This document shows positions 39,006 through 48,804 of a stretch of DNA of 64,000 nt, piece after piece. The notes under the pieces were generated by a model. The model saw nothing but the letters and a program-made list of their open reading frames with translations, made no database searches and was not told where the DNA came from. The stretch spans positions 161 to 64,160 of the IMG/VR virus record IMGVR_UViG_3300047388_000423. One strand, given 5' to 3'. How positions within the stretch are numbered: the first letter of the stretch is position 1; every line of letters starts with the position of its first letter. The stretch is from a virus (lineage: Duplodnaviria; Caudoviricetes). A program made the position numbers and the translations under genes.

Positions 39006-40130
39006 CTATCGCAGCTTAACACTCAATAGGTTGTCGAACGTGCGCGGTGTCTCATGCCGGTAGGTCTTGCGGATGGTGGCGACCGACACACCGCAGTACT
39101 GGCTGACCAGTTCGATATCGACACCGCGTTCTAGATACCATGTGATCGCGGTATGTCGCAGCGTGTGGCGGACGACTTTGCGACGCGGGTCATCGGTTTC
39201 AAGACCAGCTAATTCAATGAGCGTATCCCATCCATCATGAATACGTTTTACACGCCTACCCATGAATTCGACCACCGAATGGCTGGAAGCTCCACACCGC
39301 TGCCACCGCCGTATGTGAGCCAGCAATTTCGGATGGATGGGAATCGTCGGCTGTTGCTTACTGGTAGCTTCTTTGTTGTCGGCCTTACGTTTGAAGATAC
39401 CGCGCTGCAAATCGACGTAACCGCGATCAAGCGCCGGAATAAGCGAGGCATTGCAAATGTCACCGTTGCGGCTTCCCGTATAAAGGCCAATCAAAATGTA
39501 ACGTGCGATGTGTCGCAAGGTATGACGTCCCCTGCTACCAGCATTCTTGGTTTTCTTACGATAGCGCCATGCGGTCCAAAGCAACCTCGCAGCTTCGTCA
39601 CGGGTCAGGTAACGCTCGCGCGACTTTGGTGCGGAGGGCAGAGTAGCACTGAATTTTGCCTGAATGCCGCCCTTGGTTTTCTTTACACAGCGATTGACAG
39701 CCGCCTGCAACATTTTCAAATCACGATAGGCAGATGCGCCGGTTAATTCCAATCTTTCCTTGGTAAATCGCTCCTGCAATGCGCCATCGAGATCGCCAAT
39801 AGTGTAATCAGCGAACCAATTGCCAATACGCTGAATTGCGGAAATCAATTGGTTCTTGTACATCTGATTGATGTCGCGCTTGGCAATGTGCTGGATTTCC
39901 AGCGAGCAAACATCCACGATCCTGATGGTGTTTGGATCGTTGTTCTTTAGCGCTTTGGACGGGTCGTGCTTTTTGAGGATGTATTTGGCGAGTGCTTTTT
40001 CAGCTCCAGCGCGATCAGATTCATAGCATCCCGTGCCAATGTCTTTGTCTCCGTCACGGATGATCCACATGGCGGCCCTTCCGGGTCGCTCTTTTTTTCT
40101 AAGGTGCGGACCTTTGCTGGGACGCGGCAT
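39006..40130 (-). CDS. int: tyrosine integrase
   Basis: YTGSR, HTLRH and terminal TY catalytic pattern. Confidence 0.9.
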   Translation of the reverse strand: MPRPSKGPHLRKKERPGRAAMWIIRDGDKDIGTGCYESDRAGAEKALAKYILKKHDPSKALKNNDPNTIRIVDVCSLEIQHIAKRDINQMYKNQLISAIQRIGNWFADYTIGDLDGALQERFTKERLELTGASAYRDLKMLQAAVNRCVKKTKGGIQAKFSATLPSAPKSRERYLTRDEAARLLWTAWRYRKKTKNAGSRGRHTLRHIARYILIGLYTGSRNGDICNASLIPALDRGYVDLQRGIFKRKADNKEATSKQQPTIPIHPKLLAHIRRWQRCGASSHSVVEFMGRRVKRIHDGWDTLIELAGLETDDPRRKVVRHTLRHTAITWYLERGVDIELVSQYCGVSVATIRKTYRHETPRTFDNLLSVKLR

Positions 40131-40330
40131 GACTTTCTCATCTCCTCAATGTCGGCAAGCGTCGTATAATATTTACCAGCTACAATTTCATGGCCCAGTT
40201 TCTGAGCCACCACCAAACGTCTCAATGCGCTGACAGACATAGAACCGTCCGGAAAGGCCAGTCCAGCCGCCACCTCAAGACGCAACGGTGTATCCTTGGC
40301 AACAGTCTCAAGTTTAAGCTCGCTAGACAT
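39947..40330 (-). CDS. putative excisionase
   Basis: PLRL..AA..AFPDG......LRR.....L....AGK.YTT; precedes and overlaps int. Confidence 0.65.
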   Translation of the reverse strand: MSSELKLETVAKDTPLRLEVAAGLAFPDGSMSVSALRRLVVAQKLGHEIVAGKYYTTLADIEEMRKSCRVPAKVRTLEKKSDPEGPPCGSSVTETKTLARDAMNLIALELKKHSPNTSSKSTTRPKR

Positions 40331-40362
40331 GGCTCATATCCTACTTCACTCGTTTACCAAAA

Positions 40363-40653
40363 TTATTTTGGCGAGTTTTCCTTGTAAAACTTGCACGAGG
40401 CCCATTCCTTCTTGACCGGCGGCCCGTGCCGGTGAGTGAAAACCAGAAACATCTTGCAGCCCTGCGATCGCACGCGGCGTTCCTCGATCAATCCCGTCTG
40501 CTTGTTGAACTTTCCTTTCCCGGCACGCCAGTATGAGCGATGCGCGCAATCGCCACACGTGGTGTCGATCGGACCAGAGCCAGCGAAGTGCGCCATACCG
40601 GGCTTGACGTCGTCGCGATCGGGGACGCCTGGCAGGCGGGTCATGATGCTCAT
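40363..40653 (-). CDS. Cys-rich hypothetical protein
   Basis: G.AHFAG.GP...TC..C...C...CK. Confidence 0.65.
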   Translation of the reverse strand: MSIMTRLPGVPDRDDVKPGMAHFAGSGPIDTTCGDCAHRSYWRAGKGKFNKQTGLIEERRVRSQGCKMFLVFTHRHGPPVKKEWASCKFYKENSPK

Positions 40654-40973
40654 GGACTTGCGTCTTTATCGAGTGCGGCATTGGCACACAACTCCACAAG
40701 CCTGAGATATTGGCAGACGGCGTCGGTAGCCTCCTCGCTGGTGGCGAAATCACCGATAATATTTTCGCCATACTCCTTGATAACCGTGGCCTTCTCTTCC
40801 GGATAATAGTCGTGGGCATAGCCCATCTTATCCTCGGTAAAAACGAGGGCGAAGTAGCGCAGTGGATCATCTGTCATATTGTCGACCTCCTCTGGCGACC
40901 AATTCTGACAAGCCATTCCCTCGTCAGGTCGCCGGCGTTGTTGACTGGCTCGCCAAATATCCAAATAGTCCAT
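40650..40973 (-). CDS. hypothetical cassette protein
   Basis: Ends in AALDKDASP. Confidence 0.55.
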   Translation of the reverse strand: MDYLDIWRASQQRRRPDEGMACQNWSPEEVDNMTDDPLRYFALVFTEDKMGYAHDYYPEEKATVIKEYGENIIGDFATSEEATDAVCQYLRLVELCANAALDKDASP

Positions 40974-40980
40974 TGGCCAA

Positions 40981-41412
40981 TCATTCCTTGATCCGCGACT
41001 TGAAGAACTCTTGCGTCTGCCGGTTGGATTCCTCCATGGGGATCATGATCACTCCAACGTTCAGATCCGGATCGGCGCCGCATAGCAGCAACAGATTACG
41101 CGACATTGGATCCATCGCGGGATGTTTGTGCGCCTGGGTTTTTTCACAAAACCGGCAAATGAAGCTGCAGACCTCCGGAATCTGCCACAACTCGCGCGAG
41201 TCCTCGTCATAGCCGCCGACGTGAATTACGATGGCGGTCGACGGCCTGATCTTCAGGGCGCGCCAGGACAGTACCGCAATCGCCAACGCCTTGCGATTGA
41301 AGTACGGCGCGTTTCCGATCGAAAACACCATCACGGTACGCGCCAGATCTTCGTCGCACTGGCCGGAGACGACGCTTTCGTGGGTACGAAATTTCAAGTC
41401 GGTCATGGTCAT
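40981..41412 (-). CDS. hypothetical protein
   Basis: GYD.D.RELWQIPEV motif. Confidence 0.6.
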   Translation of the reverse strand: MTMTDLKFRTHESVVSGQCDEDLARTVMVFSIGNAPYFNRKALAIAVLSWRALKIRPSTAIVIHVGGYDEDSRELWQIPEVCSFICRFCEKTQAHKHPAMDPMSRNLLLLCGADPDLNVGVIMIPMEESNRQTQEFFKSRIKE

Positions 41413-41521
41413 GGGTCCTTCGACAAATTAGGGCTACGTGCGCCGGCTAAAAAGGCCAGAAAAACCGCGGCGATGACGGTGCCGATAAATATTCCAAGAC
41501 CAAGCCCCAACAAGAATGTCA

Positions 41522-41743
41522 TCATTCCCTTGCGTCCTTATCGAGCGCGGCGTGGGCGACGTTATAAAGAGACGTCGAGAGAGGATTGGGCAGCATTTTG
41601 CCCGTGACGGACATAACGTACCGCAGAGCCGCCTCCAGCGCCTCAAGATCATCAAGAATGCAGATTACAGCGCGGTCGTAATCGTCACGATCTGGCTTTG
41701 ACAACTCGCGGCATCTATCTCGCATTGCTTGGGTTGATTTCAT
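41522..41743 (-). CDS. hypothetical cassette protein
   Basis: LEALEAAL...AALDKDARE. Confidence 0.6.
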   Translation of the reverse strand: MKSTQAMRDRCRELSKPDRDDYDRAVICILDDLEALEAALRYVMSVTGKMLPNPLSTSLYNVAHAALDKDARE

Positions 41744-42012
41744 TTCCCCGCATCCTTATCGAGCGCTGCGCGGGGATCAATGCCTTCGCGGATTACTTCG
41801 ATGATGTCCTCAATAGCGTCCACGGCGTATTCGCGGGCACCAGTGTACTTGAGTTCGAACTTTTGAAACGTACCGATCCAGCTTTCACAGACAGCAATGC
41901 ATCGTTCGCGCTCATTGGCTAGCGCCACCTCCAGCACCTCGATGCGGTCGGCCTGTTCCTTAAGACGGTTTTCGATTTTGAGTATCATGTCAGTCGGGAA
42001 TAGGTGGTTCAT
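41740..42012 (-). CDS. hypothetical cassette protein
   Basis: RIEVLEVAL...AALDKDAGK. Confidence 0.6.
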   Translation of the reverse strand: MNHLFPTDMILKIENRLKEQADRIEVLEVALANERERCIAVCESWIGTFQKFELKYTGAREYAVDAIEDIIEVIREGIDPRAALDKDAGK

Positions 42013-42073
42013 TTCCCCGCGTCCTTATCCAGCACGGCCCCGTCCGCGAGCGCAGGCTCCGACGGGTCTCCCT

Positions 42074-42607
42074 CTATCGACGCCTGCGCGGTGTTCGAGG
42101 GAGCCTGACAGCAGCCGCCACCTGATCTTCGTCCCCTGCGTCCTTATCGAGCGCGGCGCGGTTCAAGAACGCACGTATTTTGCTAAGCGTATCGTCTTCA
42201 GCTTCACCGAATGTCATATCTTCCGGCGTTTCCTGCATGATGCAGCATTGAGCCTGTTCTAGTATCAGCGTCGCATCCCGCAGCGCTGCCCCCAGCGCCT
42301 CGATGCGGGCATACAGGGCTATTTCCTCTTTTGTAGGAGCTTGAAGCAGCGTCTCCAATTCCTCGATGCGGGCTGCATCACGTCTGGCTATTGTCTTGAG
42401 GTTCTCTATTCCTTCGGCAAGATGCCACTTGTTGAAAGGACCGCCGTTCATTGAATGAAAATATCCTTGTGAGCCGTACAGCGAATTATTCGCTTCAGCG
42501 ACTAGTTGACGAGCTTCCTCAAGCGCTGCCTCCAGCGCCTCGATGCGGGCACGGCATTTTGCAATGTCGTGAAAGTTGCCTATACGCCATTCGTGATCTG
42601 CGCTCAT
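42074..42607 (-). CDS. hypothetical cassette protein
   Basis: RIEALEAAL-type motif x3; reads through a mutated end box. Confidence 0.55.
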   Translation of the reverse strand: MSADHEWRIGNFHDIAKCRARIEALEAALEEARQLVAEANNSLYGSQGYFHSMNGGPFNKWHLAEGIENLKTIARRDAARIEELETLLQAPTKEEIALYARIEALGAALRDATLILEQAQCCIMQETPEDMTFGEAEDDTLSKIRAFLNRAALDKDAGDEDQVAAAVRLPRTPRRRR

Positions 42608-42843
42608 TTCCCTGCGTCCTTATCGAGCGCGGCGCGGGCGTCTCGCAGCATCTTGATGGCTGCTTCGCAATAGCTGTCCCAATCGGGGGATTTTACTTCT
42701 ACCGAGAGAAATTCCAGTTCAGGGTAATACCCACGCCACAAACGAAACACCCATGAATCACGGCGTTCAATTGCTCTGATCGCCCATGCTTCACCGTTCA
42801 CGGTCAGCCAGATATGATCGTCATGTTGCCCCGATCTATTCAT
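42604..42843 (-). CDS. hypothetical cassette protein
   Basis: Starts inside the upstream box; ends AALDKDAGK. Confidence 0.55.
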   Translation of the reverse strand: MNRSGQHDDHIWLTVNGEAWAIRAIERRDSWVFRLWRGYYPELEFLSVEVKSPDWDSYCEAAIKMLRDARAALDKDAGK

Positions 42844-43111
42844 GCGTCCCTGTGTCCTTTTCAAGCGCGACGCGGACGATCCCGGCGCACGCCCTGACGG
42901 CGTCGTATACTTTTTCTTCGTGTTCACGCCGGTCCTGGTTTTTCAGCAAAATCTCCACCGCTGTTAGGGTATTTTGAGCGGATTGCAGCGCCGCCTGCAG
43001 CGCCTCAATATGATCCAGAAATTCAGCTCTGATTGAGGCGTCAATGCGCGAGAGGCTTTCCAAAGCCTCGATGCGGTTGATGAGTTCAAGAACCGAACGT
43101 TCGTCGCTCAT
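42836..43111 (-). CDS. hypothetical cassette protein
   Basis: RIEALE...VALEKDTG. Confidence 0.6.
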   Translation of the reverse strand: MSDERSVLELINRIEALESLSRIDASIRAEFLDHIEALQAALQSAQNTLTAVEILLKNQDRREHEEKVYDAVRACAGIVRVALEKDTGTHE

Positions 43112-43473
43112 TTCCCAGTGTCCTTATCGAGCGCGGCGCGGGCGATTTCTTCAATCTCGCGATAAAGATAACTTCCTTCGTCGGTCGCAATCTTCCGCAG
43201 CGCCGCCTCCAGCACCTTGACGCGAGCCTGGAGCCTGGCGTTGATTGACATTGACTGACTGAGCTGCTTGGCAATTGAAGCGTCGACCCGCGCCGTGCGT
43301 TCCAACACATCGCTGCGATCCGCCAACTGTGCCATGCGATGCAGCTCGGTCATGGCGGTGGTGTGGGCTTCGGCGGTGGGCTCGACCAGGAGGGCGATCA
43401 GCTCTGGCAGGACGTCTTCCCACGTCGTGGCGTCGGTGATGTTGAGGGTCGTCGCTTTCAGCTTCTCATTCAT
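43108..43473 (-). CDS. hypothetical cassette protein
   Basis: RVKVLEAAL...AALDKDTGK. Confidence 0.6.
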   Translation of the reverse strand: MNEKLKATTLNITDATTWEDVLPELIALLVEPTAEAHTTAMTELHRMAQLADRSDVLERTARVDASIAKQLSQSMSINARLQARVKVLEAALRKIATDEGSYLYREIEEIARAALDKDTGK

Positions 43474-43994
43474 GGTTCGTTGCGCTCCGCCGGCATTCGT
43501 GCAAACAACCAGTTCTCGATCGCGTCCTGAATTTCTGACGCCAAATCACTGCAGCACATCGTAAACAGCTCGGGATCTCCGCGGACGGACGGCTCGTCCC
43601 GCAGAAAATATTCGGCGAGTTCGAAACACGCTGGATCGTAGGGCTTTGTCACCATCCGGTTTGTCTGTTCTGAACCCGGCGGTTCGTCACGCGCAGGAAC
43701 GCCTCGCGCGACAGCATGCGATTGTGGCCATCGATGCATTGCTCATGCACACCGACGACCCCGCCGCGGCGAACTTCGATCGCAAAATAGCCTGCCCCGC
43801 AGAAGCAAGGCGTAGGCAAGTCGGTAATGTCCAGCGGCTTGTTGCAGAGATAGCAGTTAGCGATGTTCTCAAAACCCATCATTGATCCTTCCTTAGATCA
43901 TCAAGCGTGCGAGCACCCGCGAAAAAGAAGCAGACGCCTGCGCCGAGGAAAGTGCCCGCCCAGATTCCAAGCACGAATCCAATCCAGAAATTCA

Positions 43995-44459
43995 TCATTT
44001 CCTGCACCGCCATGACTTGCCACTGTGGATCGGCACCTTATGCATGTGGTGGCGCGTGCAGATATCGCGCGCGCGATGGGCGCGGCGGCTGACCAGCCTG
44101 CGGCCGATGTCGTCATCCTCATTCGGTACCGCAACGACCGCAGGCATCTTGACCGGCGGCACCACATTTGACTCCGGATGCTTCGGGATTGGCCCCGGTT
44201 CTTGTACCGGCCGCCAATCCGCTTCGCGCACTGGAAGCGGAAGCCTGTCTTGCTTCTTCAACAGCTGCGGTTCAGGTTCTTGCCAGCGCTCTTCGAATTG
44301 CGCCTTGACTACGCTGACTACGCCTGTCGGCCTTGAGGCCGCCGGGGCTTCATCGCGCGGCGATGCCACGATACCGGCCATGACGCCGGACAACGCCATG
44401 GCGCCTGCGATCATCAAGATCTTGCTTGGAAAGCAACGGGTGCGTTGTTGATCGGGCAT
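43995..44459 (-). CDS. membrane-anchored hypothetical protein
   Basis: N-terminal TM; KK.DRL; DIC.RH......SWRC. Confidence 0.6.
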   Translation of the reverse strand: MPDQQRTRCFPSKILMIAGAMALSGVMAGIVASPRDEAPAASRPTGVVSVVKAQFEERWQEPEPQLLKKQDRLPLPVREADWRPVQEPGPIPKHPESNVVPPVKMPAVVAVPNEDDDIGRRLVSRRAHRARDICTRHHMHKVPIHSGKSWRCRK

Positions 44460-44571
44460 GTGACCCCCGCTGCTCTTTATAGCGAGGAGGGAAGCATAGT
44501 CAAAAAATTTGACGGGTCCAACCTAAATCTGAAGCTGAACGAAAAAATCCGAACATTGTATACGGCTTGAG

Positions 44572-44796
44572 CTAGTGCCGCCGCATCCGTATTTCTGCCT
44601 CCAACCCCAGCGCCCGCGCCAGCCTCTCTATGACGTCGATGGTGATGTTGCGCTCGCCACGCTCGATCAAACCTACATAGGTGCGGTGCAGGTCGGCGGC
44701 GTGCGCCAAAGCTTCCTGGGATAGCCCGCTGGCTTCCCGTGCGGTCCGCAGATCCGCGGCAAACGATTTACGTAAATTCTTCTTTTTGTTTGACAT
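44572..44796 (-). CDS. XRE-family HTH regulator (C-protein-like)
   Basis: GLSQEALA..ADLHRTYVG.IERGERN. Confidence 0.88.
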   Translation of the reverse strand: MSNKKKNLRKSFAADLRTAREASGLSQEALAHAADLHRTYVGLIERGERNITIDVIERLARALGLEAEIRMRRH

Positions 44797-44992
44797 GTGG
44801 CCTCTTGCCACATGTGCCATCTCCGGTCGACAGACCGACAGTCGCCATACTACCAATATGGTATCCGTCTATATCTTACCACCGTCCATAGATCTTGTGC
44901 AGGGCAGATCAAAAATCTTTTTTGATGTTCTCTTGAACTAAATCAAACGGACAAACGTTTCCATCCTCCTTGAGGCGATTTAAAGCAAACTG

Positions 44993-45430
44993 GTGCAGGC
45001 AATGAAGCTGCATCCGCATTCAGCAAGTTTGCCGATCCCCATCTCGATCCAGCAAGGACGCGCGGCGCTTGCGCGAATGTACATCGACCTGACTTTAGCG
45101 TTTCATGCCAACATGTTCCCGCCGGATCTGGTGCAAAAAGAACCTGAGTGTAATCTGATCCTCGTCATTCTAGCTGTGATGCTCGGCCATGCCGAGGGTC
45201 ACCCGATGACCGCGAGCGAAATTGCGCGGCTAGTTCAGCAACCTGGCTCGACCGTCCTGAAAAGGCTCAACCTTTTGATCAAGCACGGCCTGATCCAACG
45301 CATCAAGGGCAAATATTATCTGGAACCGAAGCGCGCATTGCGCGTACCGAACCTCGACCGATTCGAATTGATCATGTCGAAGGCCTTCGCCGTGATTGGC
45401 CCGCTGTTGTCAGCAGAATCTGCGAAGTGA
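44993..45430 (+). CDS. MarR/IclR-like winged-helix protein
   Basis: MTASEIAR....PGSTVLKRLN.L...G.I. Confidence 0.65.
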   Translation: MQAMKLHPHSASLPIPISIQQGRAALARMYIDLTLAFHANMFPPDLVQKEPECNLILVILAVMLGHAEGHPMTASEIARLVQQPGSTVLKRLNLLIKHGLIQRIKGKYYLEPKRALRVPNLDRFELIMSKAFAVIGPLLSAESAK

Positions 45431-45759
45431 TTTTTCAAAACCAGAACAACCTTACTGCGCACGAGCGACTGTCGGCAACTTTTGTCTTTTCGGAACGGAC
45501 CATGCAGTTATTTTTTGCAATTCAATTTGAGATAGCAATGGCCCTATTTCAAAAACCGGGCTATCGTTTTTCATCTGGCTGTAAGAAAATTGAAACAAGA
45601 CCATCACCCATCAAATCATCTCCGAAGACGGGGAGGCGATGTCATGAACGCACGGGAAATCCGGCTAATAGGAAAAAGAATTGCAATGGAATTGCCGCCA
45701 AGTACTCGGAAGGTCGGCCTAGCAATACTAGATGTTGCTTGTCAGGAAGTGATTGGCGA

Positions 45760-46074
45760 TCAGGTCTTGTGGCCGGACCGCGAGGAGGAAGAAGGAAATA
45801 GTTCTGATTCCAGCCACTGAAGTCGACGGCTCAGCTCTGCGGGAACGCGGTCGTGGCAGCCCTCGATGATGTATTCGATTGTTACGCCCGGAACGGCTTT
45901 CAGGATCAGGAACACGACAGTCAGCGTGATTGGAGATCCGAGTTCAAAATTTGCCCAGCGGGTTCGCTCAATGCGAAGCCTGCGAGAGTCTTCGCCGGAT
46001 CGCTTCGCCCTGGCTTTTGTTGATTGCTTTGTACATTTAACCAAAAAAATTGGCGGGACCAATGTTTTCAACAT
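45760..46074 (-). CDS. possibly degenerate CI-like HTH repressor
   Basis: RRLRIERTRWANFE.G...PGVTIEYI.EG; divergent from a Cro-like gene; N-terminus atypical. Confidence 0.4.
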   Translation of the reverse strand: MLKTLVPPIFLVKCTKQSTKARAKRSGEDSRRLRIERTRWANFELGSPITLTVVFLILKAVPGVTIEYIIEGCHDRVPAELSRRLQWLESELFPSSSSRSGHKT

Positions 46075-46197
46075 ATGTCAAAAAAAATGAGAGTGCCAAC
46101 AGAATTTTGGAATCGTCCGAAAGTCTAAAGTCTTAAGTTACTTTGTGAACACAACTATTGCGCGACTTTATCGGTCATATTCCTCCTTCCCGGACCA

Positions 46198-46240
46198 GTC
46201 AAAAATTTTGACGGCAAGCTTGACTGTCAAGCTATTTGAC
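46198..46240. promoter_or_regulatory. two GTCAA-N5-TTGAC operators (46198-46212, 46226-46240); third copy at 44499-44513
   Basis: Repeated palindromes in the divergent intergenic region. Confidence 0.65.
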
Positions 46241-46283
46241 ACCTAGGATATCGCCTCGCGGCGTTCGGCGGGGCGGTTTCCCA

Positions 46284-46613
46284 ATGAAAATTCTGACTGA
46301 ACTAGCTGATGTTGTGAAGGTTTTGGGCGGCCCGAAGCGGCTTGCCGCGCTGACCTCCGCCACCCGGGAAGCTGTCTGGAATTGGATTAATCTCTTCGAG
46401 GCATTCCCACCCAATACATTCGTCATCATGACTGACGAATTGAAGAAGCTCGGCTACGGCGCGCATCCACCTTTGTGGAAAATGCGAGAAAAAGTTTCAA
46501 AGTCTCGTCCTGCTCAAAAACCCTCTCTTACTCAAAAGTCTCGCAAGGTTGCATCCAAGCGTCGCGACGGGGCGCGGACTCGCCTCAAGACAAGTCTCGC
46601 CGCAAGCCCCTGA
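46284..46613 (+). CDS. Cro-like HTH protein
   Basis: VV..LGG...LA.LT.....AV.NW....FP. Confidence 0.7.
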   Translation: MKILTELADVVKVLGGPKRLAALTSATREAVWNWINLFEAFPPNTFVIMTDELKKLGYGAHPPLWKMREKVSKSRPAQKPSLTQKSRKVASKRRDGARTRLKTSLAASP

Positions 46614-46669
46614 AGACCCTTCACCGAACACGGCTCTCTAAAAAAGCAATAACAACAAGGAAAAATTCA

Positions 46670-47026
46670 ATGACCGTCACTCAACTTTCCGTCGCCCACG
46701 AGGCTGAACCGCGCCGTCCGCTCAACGACTACGCCACCGCACTCGCCAACATCAACGCACTGGTCGACGACCTTACCGATGCCAGAGCCGTCATCGTTCA
46801 GCTCCGCAACGACCTGCACCATGAACAGGACCGCTGCATCATGCTGGTCGAGGACCGCGACCACTGGCGCAAGGTCGCCAAGCAGGCTCGCGACGAGTGG
46901 GCGACCCTGAAAGCCGTCATGGATGCCATCAGGGAAATGGCCAGCTCCGGCCAGGAAAGTGCCCGCATCATCCGCGAGAGCGACGAGAGGCCGTCGCAGC
47001 CCGAGACTTCTCCAGAGGCCGCTTGA
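46670..47026 (+). CDS. coiled-coil hypothetical protein
   Basis: AAGGA RBS; heptad pattern. Confidence 0.6.
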   Translation: MTVTQLSVAHEAEPRRPLNDYATALANINALVDDLTDARAVIVQLRNDLHHEQDRCIMLVEDRDHWRKVAKQARDEWATLKAVMDAIREMASSGQESARIIRESDERPSQPETSPEAA

Positions 47027-47042
47027 ACACCATGGAGCAACC

Positions 47043-47513
47043 ATGCAAGCTGCAGCGGCGAGCTATGGGCCATGGGGCAAGACAGATGGTCTGAACGATC
47101 GACTGATTGAACTGTGCCTGGCGCCGCAGCGCTTCAGCCGTGGCGTTATTGCGAAGGAACTTTCCGAGCAATTCGGCATCCCAATAACGCGCAACAGCGT
47201 GATCAGTCGCGCACGTCGGCTTGGACTGTTGATGCCACAGCCCGCCGTCATCCTGTGCAAGCCGCGTGCGTCATTGCCGGCCAGGCCGATCGAACGGCGC
47301 AAGCATTCGCTTTCCGGATCCATCAAGCCGGTCGACCCGGCGCTTCCGATCGAGCCCGACAGGCTGGTCTCGCTGCTCGAGGCCGGTCCCGGACATTGCC
47401 GCTACCCGTTCGGAGAAAAGCTCTCGCTGATGTTCTGCGGCCGCGAGCCGCTCGAGGGCTGCGACTACTGCACAGAACACTGGCGGCTGATGCATGAACG
47501 GGGGCGGCCATGA
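47043..47513 (+). CDS. gcrA: GcrA-family transcriptional regulator
   Basis: IA..L.....TRNSVI.R..RLGL and L......CRYP.G.....FCG......YC..H. Confidence 0.82.
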   Translation: MQAAAASYGPWGKTDGLNDRLIELCLAPQRFSRGVIAKELSEQFGIPITRNSVISRARRLGLLMPQPAVILCKPRASLPARPIERRKHSLSGSIKPVDPALPIEPDRLVSLLEAGPGHCRYPFGEKLSLMFCGREPLEGCDYCTEHWRLMHERGRP

Positions 47514-48058
47514 GCACCTTGGAAACCCGCCCGCTCAAAGCTCACGTCTGGGCACGTGAAAAAGACGACTGCGCGCCAATAATCAGGAGCAAACGCGAAA
47601 CTGAAATTGGAGCTGCCGGTGAACACCTTGTATGCGCGGATCTGATCTTACAAGGTCATCGCGCCTTTCTAGCCGCGCAAGGGCTGCCTTATGATGTCGT
47701 GGCCGATTATGATAACCGCTTAATTCGTATTGCCGTCAAATCCACCTCTTTAGCAAAGGCACGGCCTGCCAGAGAAGGTTCAAGAGTTTGCTATCAGTTT
47801 AACGTAACGCGTCCTCGCCGCCTGTGTTCTGGTAAAACAGATGCCAGGGCCTACTCAATTGATGACGTCGATATCGTCGCTCTAGTTGCGTTGGACATAA
47901 AAACGATTGCCTACGTTGCAATGGCGGCGTGCAAGACGAGTATGCATATCGATGCCGAAGGCCACATTCGAGGAACCAATAAGTTCGGGCCCAAAAACAT
48001 CATGCGACGAAAATGCTTTGCTGATTTTTCGCTGTTGGCCGCGGTGGAGATATGCTGA
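47510..48058 (+). CDS. PD-(D/E)XK homing-type endonuclease
   Basis: G..GE..V...L...G.....PYD.V.D......I.VK and Y....VD. Confidence 0.7.
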   Translation: MSTLETRPLKAHVWAREKDDCAPIIRSKRETEIGAAGEHLVCADLILQGHRAFLAAQGLPYDVVADYDNRLIRIAVKSTSLAKARPAREGSRVCYQFNVTRPRRLCSGKTDARAYSIDDVDIVALVALDIKTIAYVAMAACKTSMHIDAEGHIRGTNKFGPKNIMRRKCFADFSLLAAVEIC

Positions 48059-48630
48059 TGACGATGCCTCTGCGCCTGAGACAAAGTCATATATGGGAAC
48101 GTGACCCCGAAGATTTTTATGTTGAGCCGAATTGGGTCTCGGAACGCCTGTTCGCGGAAGAGCATTTCGAGGGCGGAGTCTACGATCCCGCTTGCGGCAC
48201 GGGCCGCATCGTCATCGGCGCCTTGAAAGCTGGCCTTAAAGGCTACGGCTCCGACTTAGTCAATCGCGGCTGGGATTCCACCCGCACGCCACACGATTTC
48301 CTGGCCGGCCCAGACGAACAGCACGACAACATCGTCACCAACGTGCCGTTCAAGATCGCGCGGCCGTTCGCCATACGTGCTCTCCAGCTGGCCCGAGCTA
48401 AGGTTGCGATGGTCTTTCCGCTGGCGCGCTTGAACGCCGCGCGCTGGATTCGGAAAACACCGTTAAGGCGCGTCTGGCTGTTGACGCCGCGGCCCTCGAT
48501 GCCGCCAGGGCGCGTGATTCTCGCCGGTGAAAAGCCTGGCGGCGGCAAGACGGACTTTTGCTTTCTGGTTTGGGAGCGTGGTCACGAAGGTCCGCCCGAA
48601 ATGGACTGGCTGCTTCGGGATGGAGGCTAG
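48052..48630 (+). CDS. DNA adenine methyltransferase-like protein
   Basis: DFY..P, DPACG.G.I, DFL, IVTNVPF (NPPF variant). Confidence 0.75.
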   Translation: MLMTMPLRLRQSHIWERDPEDFYVEPNWVSERLFAEEHFEGGVYDPACGTGRIVIGALKAGLKGYGSDLVNRGWDSTRTPHDFLAGPDEQHDNIVTNVPFKIARPFAIRALQLARAKVAMVFPLARLNAARWIRKTPLRRVWLLTPRPSMPPGRVILAGEKPGGGKTDFCFLVWERGHEGPPEMDWLLRDGG

Positions 48631-48804
48631 CCATGAACTCTATCCCGCTGAGATTTGTCACGCTCGACATGCCGGAACCCAATCATCCGGTACTCAAGAT
48701 CCAGACCATGGATTCGGAAACCATCTTCCAGTTCGAGATCACGCATGACCATCTGCTGCTGCTCAATAACCGGACCGCCGACATTTTGCTGACGAGAAAA
48801 CTCC

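Larger units (their letters stand above)
40650..43137 (-). repeat. eight copies of a ~30-bp gene-end box GCCGCGCTCGATAAGGACRCNGGGAAATGA
   Basis: Copies begin (+ coordinates) at 40650, 41522, 41740, 42009, 42128, 42604, 42840 and 43108; encodes AALDKDAGK*. Confidence 0.85.
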
